Below are positions 54,089-64,000 of a DNA stretch of 64,000 nucleotides, one piece after another. Under the pieces are notes generated by a model that was given only the letters and a program-made list of their open reading frames with translations, did not search any database and was not told the origin of the DNA. Position numbers and translations under genes: made by a program. The DNA comes from Candidatus Marinacidobacterales bacterium. Its GTDB lineage: Bacteria > Acidobacteriota > Vicinamibacteria > Marinacidobacterales > SMYC01. The DNA is taken from contig OZ250169.1 of the NCBI GenBank assembly GCA_965237955.1, forward strand, positions 1,088,001 through 1,152,000, read 5' to 3'. The first letter of the stretch is position 1. Every line of letters begins with the position of its first letter.

Positions 54089-54406
54089 ATGCCCAGAAAC
54101 GCGCAGGTTGTTCGACAGTGGCTCTTACTGGAGAGACTCGAACGCTCGAAGGGAGCGACCCTGGACGAGCTCGTGGACAGCTTACCGTCCGACCATCCGT
54201 GCCACGCGCGCACGGTTCGGCGCGATCTCGAGGCGCTCGAAGCCCTGTTTCCGCTCATCACAGAACGAAGACGGGGCAAGACCATATGGCGCCTCATGGA
54301 CGGCTTCGACCGAACAATCCGCCTCGCGTTCTACCAGACAGAACTTATGGCGCTTGTATTCTCGAAGGATCTTCAAGAGGTGTTGATCAACAGAAGGAGT
54401 ACGTAA
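54089..54406 (+). CDS. Winged-HTH protein resembling the N-terminus of a WYL-type regulator, WYL domain absent
   Basis: MPRNAQVVRQW..TLDEL..RTVRRDLEALE..ELMAL; stops 4 bp before the RM gene. Confidence 0.65.
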   Translation: MPRNAQVVRQWLLLERLERSKGATLDELVDSLPSDHPCHARTVRRDLEALEALFPLITERRRGKTIWRLMDGFDRTIRLAFYQTELMALVFSKDLQEVLINRRST

Positions 54407-54410
54407 GACG

Positions 54411-56966
54411 ATGACTGCACCCGACGCACAACTACTGAGCCAGGACGCTTATGCAGAAGTCACCGCTGCCAACCTTCTCGAACGTCTCGACCTCGAGCGG
54501 TTGGATATATCCAACCGCCTAGCGGTCGATCCGAAGCGACGAGCTGATCTAGGGCAGTTCTTCACTCCAGCAGGCGTGGCCCACTTCATGGCTGCCATGC
54601 TGCTGGTTCCAAAGCCGCCGAAAGAACTCCGCATCCTCGACGCCGGAGGAGGGAGCGGCATCCTCACAGCCGCGGCCGTCGCCGAGTTCTGCGCTAGGCC
54701 GAAGCCAAAGCGGCCCCATGCGTTGCACGCCACGGTCTGGGAGATCGACGAGTTGCTCTCCAGGGACTTAGCCCGCACCTTCGAACACTGCCGAGTAGCT
54801 TGCGACGAAGCAGGAGTTCGATTCACTGGAGAACTCCGCCAAGAGAACTTCATCCTAGGTGCCGCCGACCTGGTCGGCGGTGGTGGACTCCTTACCCTGG
54901 GGTGCCCGCGCTTCCACGTGGTAATCATGAACCCGCCCTACCGCAAGCTCAGAAGCGACAGCGCCGAGCGCGAACGCATGAGCTCGGTTGGAATCGAAAC
55001 CAGCAACCTCTACTCCGCCTTCGTCTGGCTCGCACTTGAGCTCCTTGAGGACGGCGGTGAACTCGTGACGATTACGCCGCGCAGCTTCATGAACGGGTCC
55101 TACTTCCGCCCGTTTCGTCAGGCGCTCTCCCGCACGCTCGCTTTCCGCCGCGTTCACGTCTACGACGCCCGCGATGTCGCCTTCGTCGGCGACGCTGTGC
55201 TCCAGGAGAACGTCATCTTCCACGGCGTCCGAGGAGGTGCCCGCAGGAAGGTCAGGATCACAACCTCGCTTGGTCCGGCCGACGCCGGTTTAGCTGAGCG
55301 GACCATCGACCCGGCTGAGCTGATCCTTCCGAGCGACCCGAAGTGCGTGCTGCATCTCGTTCCCGACGAGACCGACGCTCGGATCGCTGAGCAGATGCGG
55401 GCATTGCCGCACACGCTCTTAGACCTTGGCGTTTCGGTCTCTACAGGCCGCGTGGTCGGTTTCCGGGCCAAGGAACGCCTGCATGCAGCAGCAAGAGAAG
55501 GAGATGCGCCCCTAATCTTCCCCAGGCACTTCGCACATGGGTTCGTGACTTGGCCAAAGGCGGCGGGCTCGAAACCGAACGCCTTGGCCGTGTCCGGCCA
55601 CGATGACGACCTCCTGCTTCCCACAGGTTGGTACGTCTTGATCAATCGCTTCAGCGCGAAGGAGGAGAAGCGGCGCGTGGTCGCAGCGCTCTACGATCCT
55701 GCGCGCATCAACGCTGAAGGCGTTGCCTTCGACAACAAGTTGAACGTCCTGCACTGTGACGACGCCGGTCTGTCCGAAGACCTAGCCAAGGGGCTCGCGG
55801 TCTTCCTGAACAGCACGGCGATCGACGCCTACTTCCGCCAGTTCAGTGGACACACTCAGGTCAATGCTGGCGATCTGCGCTCGCTGCGCTTCCCAAACGC
55901 CGGTGAGCTCAAGCGACTAGGCCGCCGCATCGGTCGCTCGATGCCAACGCAGGACGAGATCGATCAACTAATCAGAGAGGAGGTTCCCGCCATGAATGAA
56001 GGAGACGACCCGGTAGCAGTGAAACGAAGGGTTCAGGCCGCCGAAAGTATCCTGAAAGCCCTGGGGGCACCGAAGGGACAGCGCAACGAACGATCGGCCC
56101 TCACCCTTCTCGGGTTGCTCGACCTTGCTCCTATGGACGCATGGTCCGCAACCAGCGCACCGCTCCGCGGTGTCACTGAACTCATGGACTGGATGGCCGC
56201 GAACTACGGCAAGCAGTACGCACCCAACACGCGCGAGACGATCCGCCGCTTCACCCTTCACCAGTTCATCGAGATGGGTTTGGTCCTGCTCAACCCGGAC
56301 GATCCCAAGCGGCCTCCGAACAGCCCGAAGAACGTCTACCAGATCGAACCCTCGGCGCTCAAGCTGCTCCAGTGCTTCGAGACCGACGAGTGGGACGGTA
56401 ACTTGGCCAGCTATCTCAAGTCGATGGAGGGAAAAAACCGCCTTCGCGAGAAGGCTCGGCAGATGGAGTGCATCCCCATCACTCTTCCGGACGGCCAGAC
56501 GCTCGAACTCACGGCCGGCGGCCAGAACATCCTCGTCAAAGAGATCGTTGAGCAATTTGCGCCGCGCTTTACGCCCGGCGGCTACGTGGTCTATGTCGGC
56601 GACACCGGCGAGAAGCATCTGTTCTACTATGTCGATTATCTGAAGGGCTTGGGCGTCGAGATCGACCCGCACGGCAAGATGCCGGACGTGGTGATCCATC
56701 ACGTCGAGCGCAACTGGCTCATTCTCATCGAGGCCGTCACCTCGCACGGCCCGGTGAACATCCTGCGCCACAACCATCTCAAGGATCTCTTTGCGGGATC
56801 AACGGCTGGGCTCGTCTTCGTAACGACATTCCTCGATCGTGCGGCGATGCGCGAGTACCTGCCCGAGATTGCCTGGGAAACGGAAGTCTGGGTCGCCGAC
56901 GCACCCGGGCACCTCATCCACTTCAACGGCGAGCGCTTCCTCGGGCCGTACAAGAGCGGCGAGTAG
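54411..56966 (+). CDS. Fused N6-adenine methyltransferase and BsuBI/PstI-family restriction endonuclease
   Basis: LGQFFTP, ILDAGGGSG, NPPY, FSGHTQVNAGDL; then YAPNTRETIRR, HGKMPDVV, LIEAVTSHGP, IAWETEVW, HFNGERFLGPY. Confidence 0.92.
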   Translation: MTAPDAQLLSQDAYAEVTAANLLERLDLERLDISNRLAVDPKRRADLGQFFTPAGVAHFMAAMLLVPKPPKELRILDAGGGSGILTAAAVAEFCARPKPKRPHALHATVWEIDELLSRDLARTFEHCRVACDEAGVRFTGELRQENFILGAADLVGGGGLLTLGCPRFHVVIMNPPYRKLRSDSAERERMSSVGIETSNLYSAFVWLALELLEDGGELVTITPRSFMNGSYFRPFRQALSRTLAFRRVHVYDARDVAFVGDAVLQENVIFHGVRGGARRKVRITTSLGPADAGLAERTIDPAELILPSDPKCVLHLVPDETDARIAEQMRALPHTLLDLGVSVSTGRVVGFRAKERLHAAAREGDAPLIFPRHFAHGFVTWPKAAGSKPNALAVSGHDDDLLLPTGWYVLINRFSAKEEKRRVVAALYDPARINAEGVAFDNKLNVLHCDDAGLSEDLAKGLAVFLNSTAIDAYFRQFSGHTQVNAGDLRSLRFPNAGELKRLGRRIGRSMPTQDEIDQLIREEVPAMNEGDDPVAVKRRVQAAESILKALGAPKGQRNERSALTLLGLLDLAPMDAWSATSAPLRGVTELMDWMAANYGKQYAPNTRETIRRFTLHQFIEMGLVLLNPDDPKRPPNSPKNVYQIEPSALKLLQCFETDEWDGNLASYLKSMEGKNRLREKARQMECIPITLPDGQTLELTAGGQNILVKEIVEQFAPRFTPGGYVVYVGDTGEKHLFYYVDYLKGLGVEIDPHGKMPDVVIHHVERNWLILIEAVTSHGPVNILRHNHLKDLFAGSTAGLVFVTTFLDRAAMREYLPEIAWETEVWVADAPGHLIHFNGERFLGPYKSGE

Positions 56967-57093
56967 CCATGCTGCTCGCACAGACCTCATGGACAATTGC
57001 GAGCAGGTTTTCGACGAGCCCGTGGTGTGGCGACCGCGCGTGAAGATTCGCAGCGATGGCAACTCGCTGCTCGATTCGCAGCGCTCCTGACCC

Positions 57094-59211
<2,118 letters not shown>

Positions 59212-59290
59212 TCGAAGAGCTTGCCTGCCAGTGGGGAACGGGCTGCACGGCCCTTCGTCGTGCGTCTCCTTGGTTTGGCAGCCCCTGCCT

Positions 59291-59402
59291 GCCTTGGTGC
59301 ATAACTCTGGACAACTCTAAAGGAATCAGCAGGTTACGTTTTTGGTGCAAAAATAGCAGAGTCAATGGAATCAATGACTTACCTGTATTTATGCACCAAG
59401 GC
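59291..59402. mobile_element. IS5-derived MITE (112 bp)
   Basis: GCCTTGGTGCATAA .. TTATGCACCAAGGC, matching the TIR of 14765-15848. Confidence 0.8.
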
Positions 59403-59418
59403 ACTCGCGAAGTGTGGT

Positions 59419-59832
59419 ATGAAGCATCGGATGTCCGAACCTGGAGAAGCGAGTGGAGAAGTCATTGGCCGGCATCTGATTGCCGACATGACGGGGTTGT
59501 CCCCAGCCCTCCTGCGTGATGGCGATCGGATCATGCGTGTACTGAAGGAGGCGCTGGCGCAGGCAGGCTTTCACTGCATCAGGAGCGTGGAGCATCACTT
59601 CCTCGAGCGTGGCGCGGGGTTTACGGGGATAGTCCTTCTGGTGGAATCCCATGCCGCCGTTCATACCTATCCCGAGCGGAAATATCTCGCGCTGGACATC
59701 TTTGCTTGCGGCAGGCTCGATCCTTCCAGCGTTATGGACGCGTTGGTTTCAAAGCTAGGTCCTGCAGCAGTCGACGTACGGACTTTCACACGCACCCCTC
59801 GCGCCACCATTCCCGCACACACAGATACCTGA
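59419..59832 (+). CDS. speD: S-adenosylmethionine decarboxylase proenzyme
   Basis: GRHLIAD, GFTGIVLLVESHAAVHTYPE (ES cleavage site), DIFACG. Confidence 0.9.
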   Translation: MKHRMSEPGEASGEVIGRHLIADMTGLSPALLRDGDRIMRVLKEALAQAGFHCIRSVEHHFLERGAGFTGIVLLVESHAAVHTYPERKYLALDIFACGRLDPSSVMDALVSKLGPAAVDVRTFTRTPRATIPAHTDT

Positions 59833-59889
59833 CCCGAGGGATATCACCCGAAAATGTTCGGGGTGGGACAGGCCGGATTCGGCCTGCCG

Positions 59890-60930
59890 TCAGAAGGTCC
59901 ACACGATCAGGATCGAAGCGCCGACGTAGCCGAAGGCTTCGAGGAGGCCAGCACCGATGTTTGGATGTTCCTGCGTCTGCTCGTCGGCAAGCTTGACGCC
60001 GGGTGCCAGCAAGATGTTGGTGAGTTTGTGGACGAGGAACAACATGATGAAGCCAAATGCCACGTCGACGGCGAACAGCATCAGGCTATCGGTCCAACTG
60101 GTGAAATCGCCGCCGACAGCGACACTGATGATATTACCGATACCGATGAGCGCCCCTCCGAACGCCAGGCCCACCGCGGCGTTGTCTCGCTCCAATTCTT
60201 CAAGAAACTTGTACGGGGTCACCAGCTCGTACAGTCGTCCGGCGATGACCAGCACCACCTGGGCGATTAGCCAGAAAACCAGCAGGACGAGCATGCCGGA
60301 ACCCACGGCGCCGATTGCGCTCGCCGCGGGAGAAGCTCCTCCCGCATCGCCCTGAGTCGCGCGGAGAATGATCAGGCCGTTGGCGATGTATACGCCAGCC
60401 TCGACAAACCCAACGCCGAGGTTGCGATCTTCGACAACCTCTTTGGTGTTATTGAATGTAGGCAGAAGGATCTTCTCGCACATGAAGCTCGCCAGAAGCA
60501 TGAGGACGATCGCGGAAAGACCGTAGATACCGATCGTAACCACGTCGGTGCTCAGACCCCGTGATTCGCCCGAAATCGCCCCGCCGAACGCGATCAGGAT
60601 TCCAAAGTAATAGCCAACCGTGGAGATTGCGAGTGCCTGGTTGTCCCGAGTGAAGAGTTCCGCATTCAAATCCACACGCCGGTACAGGCTGGAATAAGCG
60701 AGCTTCGCGATCCAGAAGAGAACAAACGCCTCGAGGATATAAAAGAAGGATTCGCCGATCAGATAGAGATTGTCTACCAGAGAAACCTGCGCCGCTGGTG
60801 GAGTAGGAGTCTGCGCAGCGAGGGCAAATCCCGACCCGGCGAGTACTGAGACGGCTGACAGAAGTAAGACAGTAAAGACCGACTGCTTGCTCATAATGAA
60901 ACCCCTATTGTGTCCGTCGACGCAGATCAC
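59890..60930 (-). CDS. DUF350 repeat membrane protein
   Basis: Repeated EL..DN.A[LV]A/G motif followed by TM helices (four units). Confidence 0.8.
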   Translation of the reverse strand: MICVDGHNRGFIMSKQSVFTVLLLSAVSVLAGSGFALAAQTPTPPAAQVSLVDNLYLIGESFFYILEAFVLFWIAKLAYSSLYRRVDLNAELFTRDNQALAISTVGYYFGILIAFGGAISGESRGLSTDVVTIGIYGLSAIVLMLLASFMCEKILLPTFNNTKEVVEDRNLGVGFVEAGVYIANGLIILRATQGDAGGASPAASAIGAVGSGMLVLLVFWLIAQVVLVIAGRLYELVTPYKFLEELERDNAAVGLAFGGALIGIGNIISVAVGGDFTSWTDSLMLFAVDVAFGFIMLFLVHKLTNILLAPGVKLADEQTQEHPNIGAGLLEAFGYVGASILIVWTF

Positions 60931-61673
60931 TTTCCCATACTGCGCCCGCCCGAGCCTCCCCGACTGCGGGCTCTGGCCTGGAAACGCGTCTGTTTGGCCT
61001 GATACCTCTGGGAGAAAGATGGCCGCGTTCTGGCCGTCACGGTACCGTTCGCGCCGAAGGCGGGTCGCCCTCCGGTCTGAGGGCCGTAATAAGGCTGACC
61101 ACGATTCCTCATGCCGATGTAGGTGCCGTAGTCCGGCCGGCTGATCCGGTGCCCACCCAGAGCGGTTCTCATGAACGAGTACTGCCCGTACCAGATCCAG
61201 AATCCGCCGGCACCCCAGTGCCCGTAGTGGCTATGACCCACATGCTGATAGTAGGGAGGGTAGCTCTGGTTATAGGCCGTCAAGGTGCCATCCGGCGTCT
61301 TTGAAGCCACTACCATACCGACGGATCGTTCATAGCGGGCCGCCAGCGTGTCGGAGATCGAAAAGGTGTCCACCCGTTCATCAAACTCGGCCGCTTCTCC
61401 CGCGTCGGGGTTCTCACCGATCGGCGCGGTGACCAGGAAGCTGCTCTTGAGCGTCATGGAGTTCCGCAGAAACCCGTCGTCGACATCGTCCACGATGATC
61501 GAATACTCGGGATACTGCGTAAGCTGCCGCACCAACTCTGGAACGGGGTCACGGTTCGAGACGCAGCCGCCGGCCAACCAGAATCCCACCACGATCACGG
61601 CCACAACCGCCCCAAACCGGATCCAGTCCTGGGCTTCCATCAAACCGTGTTGCTCGTTTGTCTGGCGGGGCAT
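60927..61673 (-). CDS. Conserved hypothetical membrane/lipoprotein with Gly/Arg-rich tail
   Basis: YVG-like YQHVGHSHYGHW, FWIWYGQY, RSRGGSGGRSMGK; overlaps the DUF350 gene. Confidence 0.7.
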   Translation of the reverse strand: MPRQTNEQHGLMEAQDWIRFGAVVAVIVVGFWLAGGCVSNRDPVPELVRQLTQYPEYSIIVDDVDDGFLRNSMTLKSSFLVTAPIGENPDAGEAAEFDERVDTFSISDTLAARYERSVGMVVASKTPDGTLTAYNQSYPPYYQHVGHSHYGHWGAGGFWIWYGQYSFMRTALGGHRISRPDYGTYIGMRNRGQPYYGPQTGGRPAFGANGTVTARTRPSFSQRYQAKQTRFQARARSRGGSGGRSMGK

Positions 61674-61711
61674 TCCTAGACTCCTTGGATCATCTCTGTT
61701 TCTGGTAGTTC

Positions 61712-62263
61712 CTACGCGTTTCCGCTCGGAAGGATGTTCGTGAACTGATACTCTTCCACGTATTCGCCGGCGACGGACTTGAAATCCCTTTCTCCGTGCT
61801 GCGTGACGAACAGCACGTTTCTTCCTGAATCGTCACAGTATGCCCAACTGATGAACTCTTTCCCCGGGCCCTCGGCGTCTTCATGGAACAAACCCGCGCC
61901 GCTTTCCATCAGCCTATAGCTCCGGCCATTGTGGGTCAAGCTTGCGGGGGGATCTTCATGTCGGAGGGTATGTTCAACGACGTCCTCGGAAATCTGGCTG
62001 ATAGAAACGCTTTCTGTCAGCGTCCAGGTAGTCTCGCCGTCACTATCAGCCCTCTCCAAGTAGACGACCTTGTCGGAGGTCTCGAGCACCCATTCTTTGG
62101 TCTCGAAGCCGGAGTAGTCGTAGGTGTTGTACCCAGTGACCTCCCATGTCTCCATATCGTAATCGACCAGGTATCCAACCTTCATGGCACCCAGCACAAA
62201 GTCAGCTAGAGGGTCGGATTCAGGGTTGTCCCGCACCCGGCCAAACCATTTCTTCCATCCCAT
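61712..62263 (-). CDS. DUF4178 domain protein
   Basis: MKVGYLVDYDMETWEV..YDY..EW, PPASL..GRSY..ESG. Confidence 0.75.
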   Translation of the reverse strand: MGWKKWFGRVRDNPESDPLADFVLGAMKVGYLVDYDMETWEVTGYNTYDYSGFETKEWVLETSDKVVYLERADSDGETTWTLTESVSISQISEDVVEHTLRHEDPPASLTHNGRSYRLMESGAGLFHEDAEGPGKEFISWAYCDDSGRNVLFVTQHGERDFKSVAGEYVEEYQFTNILPSGNA

Positions 62264-62292
62264 CGTTCAGTTGCCCCTCGATGAGCGTCGGA

Positions 62293-63888
62293 CTACCATC
62301 GAGCGAAATCTTCGCGATAATACCCCGCGAGAGTCGGCCGTTCCAAGGTATTGGGCTCGACTTCGACACGGGCCATGTCCGCATCGAAATCGAGCCTGGA
62401 CAAGAACAGCTCCTTATTCAGGTAACGCAGCCCGGGCATAAACTCAATGCCGCGGGGATCGATCGGTTCCACGGACCCGAGATGAAAGCCCCACTCGCCG
62501 AAGGAAGGTACGTAGGCGTGAAAAGAGAGCACCTCGAAATCCGCTTCTTCCATCGATTCGCCGATGCACCAGTAGGCCCGGCGCGCGTAGTAGGGGCTTG
62601 TCGCCTGGGTGAGTACCACGCCTCCGGGAGCCAGATGCCGCCGAATCAGCCTGTACGCTTCGACCGAGAACAGTTTTGAGATTCCCTCTTCTCGCGGATC
62701 CGGCAGATCGATTATCACGACAGAATAGGCTTCGTGTTCCCTCTGCAGAAAAGTAAACCCATCCTCGTTAGTCACGCGAACCCGCGGATGGCTCAAGGCG
62801 TTCCGGTTCAGGTCCGTGAAATAAAGATTACGCGTGGCCAGTGTCGTCATCGCCGGATCGAGGTCCACGAGCTCGATCTCTTCCACCTTGGAATACCGGA
62901 GGATCTCACGAACGGCCAGACCGTCACCGCCGCCGATGACGAGAACCCGCGCTCGGTTCCGCGATAACGCCATTGCCGGGTGAACCAGCGCTTCGTGATA
63001 CCGGTATTCGTCGACTGAGGAGAACTGCAGATGCCCGTTCAAAAAGAGTCGGGTTTCGTCCTTCCAACGCGTAACCACGATCTTCTGATACTCGGTCTGC
63101 GTGCTGAAAACCACCTGGCCTTCGTAGAGGGAATCTTCCCAGCGCTCCATCAGGGGCTCGGCTTGAATTGCGAACACGACCAATAGACCGGAAACCAGGA
63201 CGCCCTGAAGCAAGAGTCCTTCCCGGTCCCTGGCCGATAGCTGAGCCCACACTGCCACAAGAATGGCCGAACCGGCAAGAAGGTTGAGGGCGCCGGCGAC
63301 GAGTGATGTATGAAACGCTCCGAGAACCGGCAAACAAAAAAACGGGAAGAGAACAGCCGCGACCAGAGCGCCAACGTAATCGACCGAAAGCACATTCGAC
63401 AGGATCGTCCGTAACGATCCGTGTCTTCTCAGGATCCGTGTCAGGAGGGGGATTTCCAGCCCGATTAGCGTGCCGATGATCAGGATGATGACGAGCATCA
63501 GGTACTGGTAGACGTCGGTGTAGGCATAAGCGAGGTACAGAGCGGGAACTGTCAAACCACCGAACAACCCCAGCCAGATTTCCAACGCCACCAGCCGCCG
63601 GATCAATTTGGCGTGAATGGCTCGCGACACCCACGATCCCAGGCCCATCGCGAAAAGAAAGAAGCCAATCGTCAGGGAGTATTGCTCGACGCTGTTCCCC
63701 AGGAAATACGAGGAGATACTTCCGACCAGCAGCTCGTAGACGATTCCGCACGCCGCGGCGACAAAAACGGATGCGAGTATCAGGAACAAGCTAAACGGCG
63801 ACATCCTTTTCTCATCGGGCCCAACATCGCTGAGCTCCAGATCGTTCGTCGCGAGATCGCCGTCAGGTGCCTTAGTAGTCTTTTTCAT
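62293..63888 (-). CDS. speE: Membrane-anchored polyamine aminopropyltransferase (spermidine synthase)
   Basis: Seven N-terminal TM segments; LFLNGHLQFSSVDEYRYHEALVHP, VLVIGGGDG, VDLD, IIDLPDP, VPSFGEWGF. Confidence 0.92.
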   Translation of the reverse strand: MKKTTKAPDGDLATNDLELSDVGPDEKRMSPFSLFLILASVFVAAACGIVYELLVGSISSYFLGNSVEQYSLTIGFFLFAMGLGSWVSRAIHAKLIRRLVALEIWLGLFGGLTVPALYLAYAYTDVYQYLMLVIILIIGTLIGLEIPLLTRILRRHGSLRTILSNVLSVDYVGALVAAVLFPFFCLPVLGAFHTSLVAGALNLLAGSAILVAVWAQLSARDREGLLLQGVLVSGLLVVFAIQAEPLMERWEDSLYEGQVVFSTQTEYQKIVVTRWKDETRLFLNGHLQFSSVDEYRYHEALVHPAMALSRNRARVLVIGGGDGLAVREILRYSKVEEIELVDLDPAMTTLATRNLYFTDLNRNALSHPRVRVTNEDGFTFLQREHEAYSVVIIDLPDPREEGISKLFSVEAYRLIRRHLAPGGVVLTQATSPYYARRAYWCIGESMEEADFEVLSFHAYVPSFGEWGFHLGSVEPIDPRGIEFMPGLRYLNKELFLSRLDFDADMARVEVEPNTLERPTLAGYYREDFARW

Positions 63889-64000
63889 AAGTACAGTGAC
63901 GTATATTTAAGTTGCTGAAAGAGCGCCTCTCTGGCATGATTCTGCCCATTGGAGCAGATAAATGCCTAGAGAATCGCCGTTTGACATTGAGTTGACCGTC

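Overview
GC-rich bacterial DNA, gene content reminiscent of Acidobacteriota (inference only). Most of the window is a dense mosaic of insertion sequences, MITEs and broken genes: IS1, IS3, IS5/IS903, IS6, IS21, IS110/IS1111, IS256, IS630, ISAzo13, and several related integrase-core (rve-type) DDE elements. Intact passengers include a porin, a sulfatase-like enzyme, a 5'-truncated Clp ATPase, a SEC-C protein, an Nramp-type transporter, an ABC/AAA ATPase + TOPRIM-like pair, a NucA-like nuclease, beta-barrel paralogues, a fused MTase-BsuBI/PstI restriction gene, and a speD/DUF350/DUF4178/speE cluster at the right end. Two signals stand out. (1) An IS1111-type element whose 3' non-coding region has readable bridge/seekRNA guides matching the terminal inverted repeat (TIR) of a resident IS1-like/MITE family; it sits in that site twice and its guide region is tandemly duplicated. 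(2) A dominant DDE element ('family A', 17 ends) with ~102-bp CGT-terminated TIRs that co-vary within each copy, a polar SGR flank at 16 of 17 ends, no target duplications, and flanks that never rejoin. No tRNA, rRNA or CRISPR array was seen. All calls were made by eye, without database searches.
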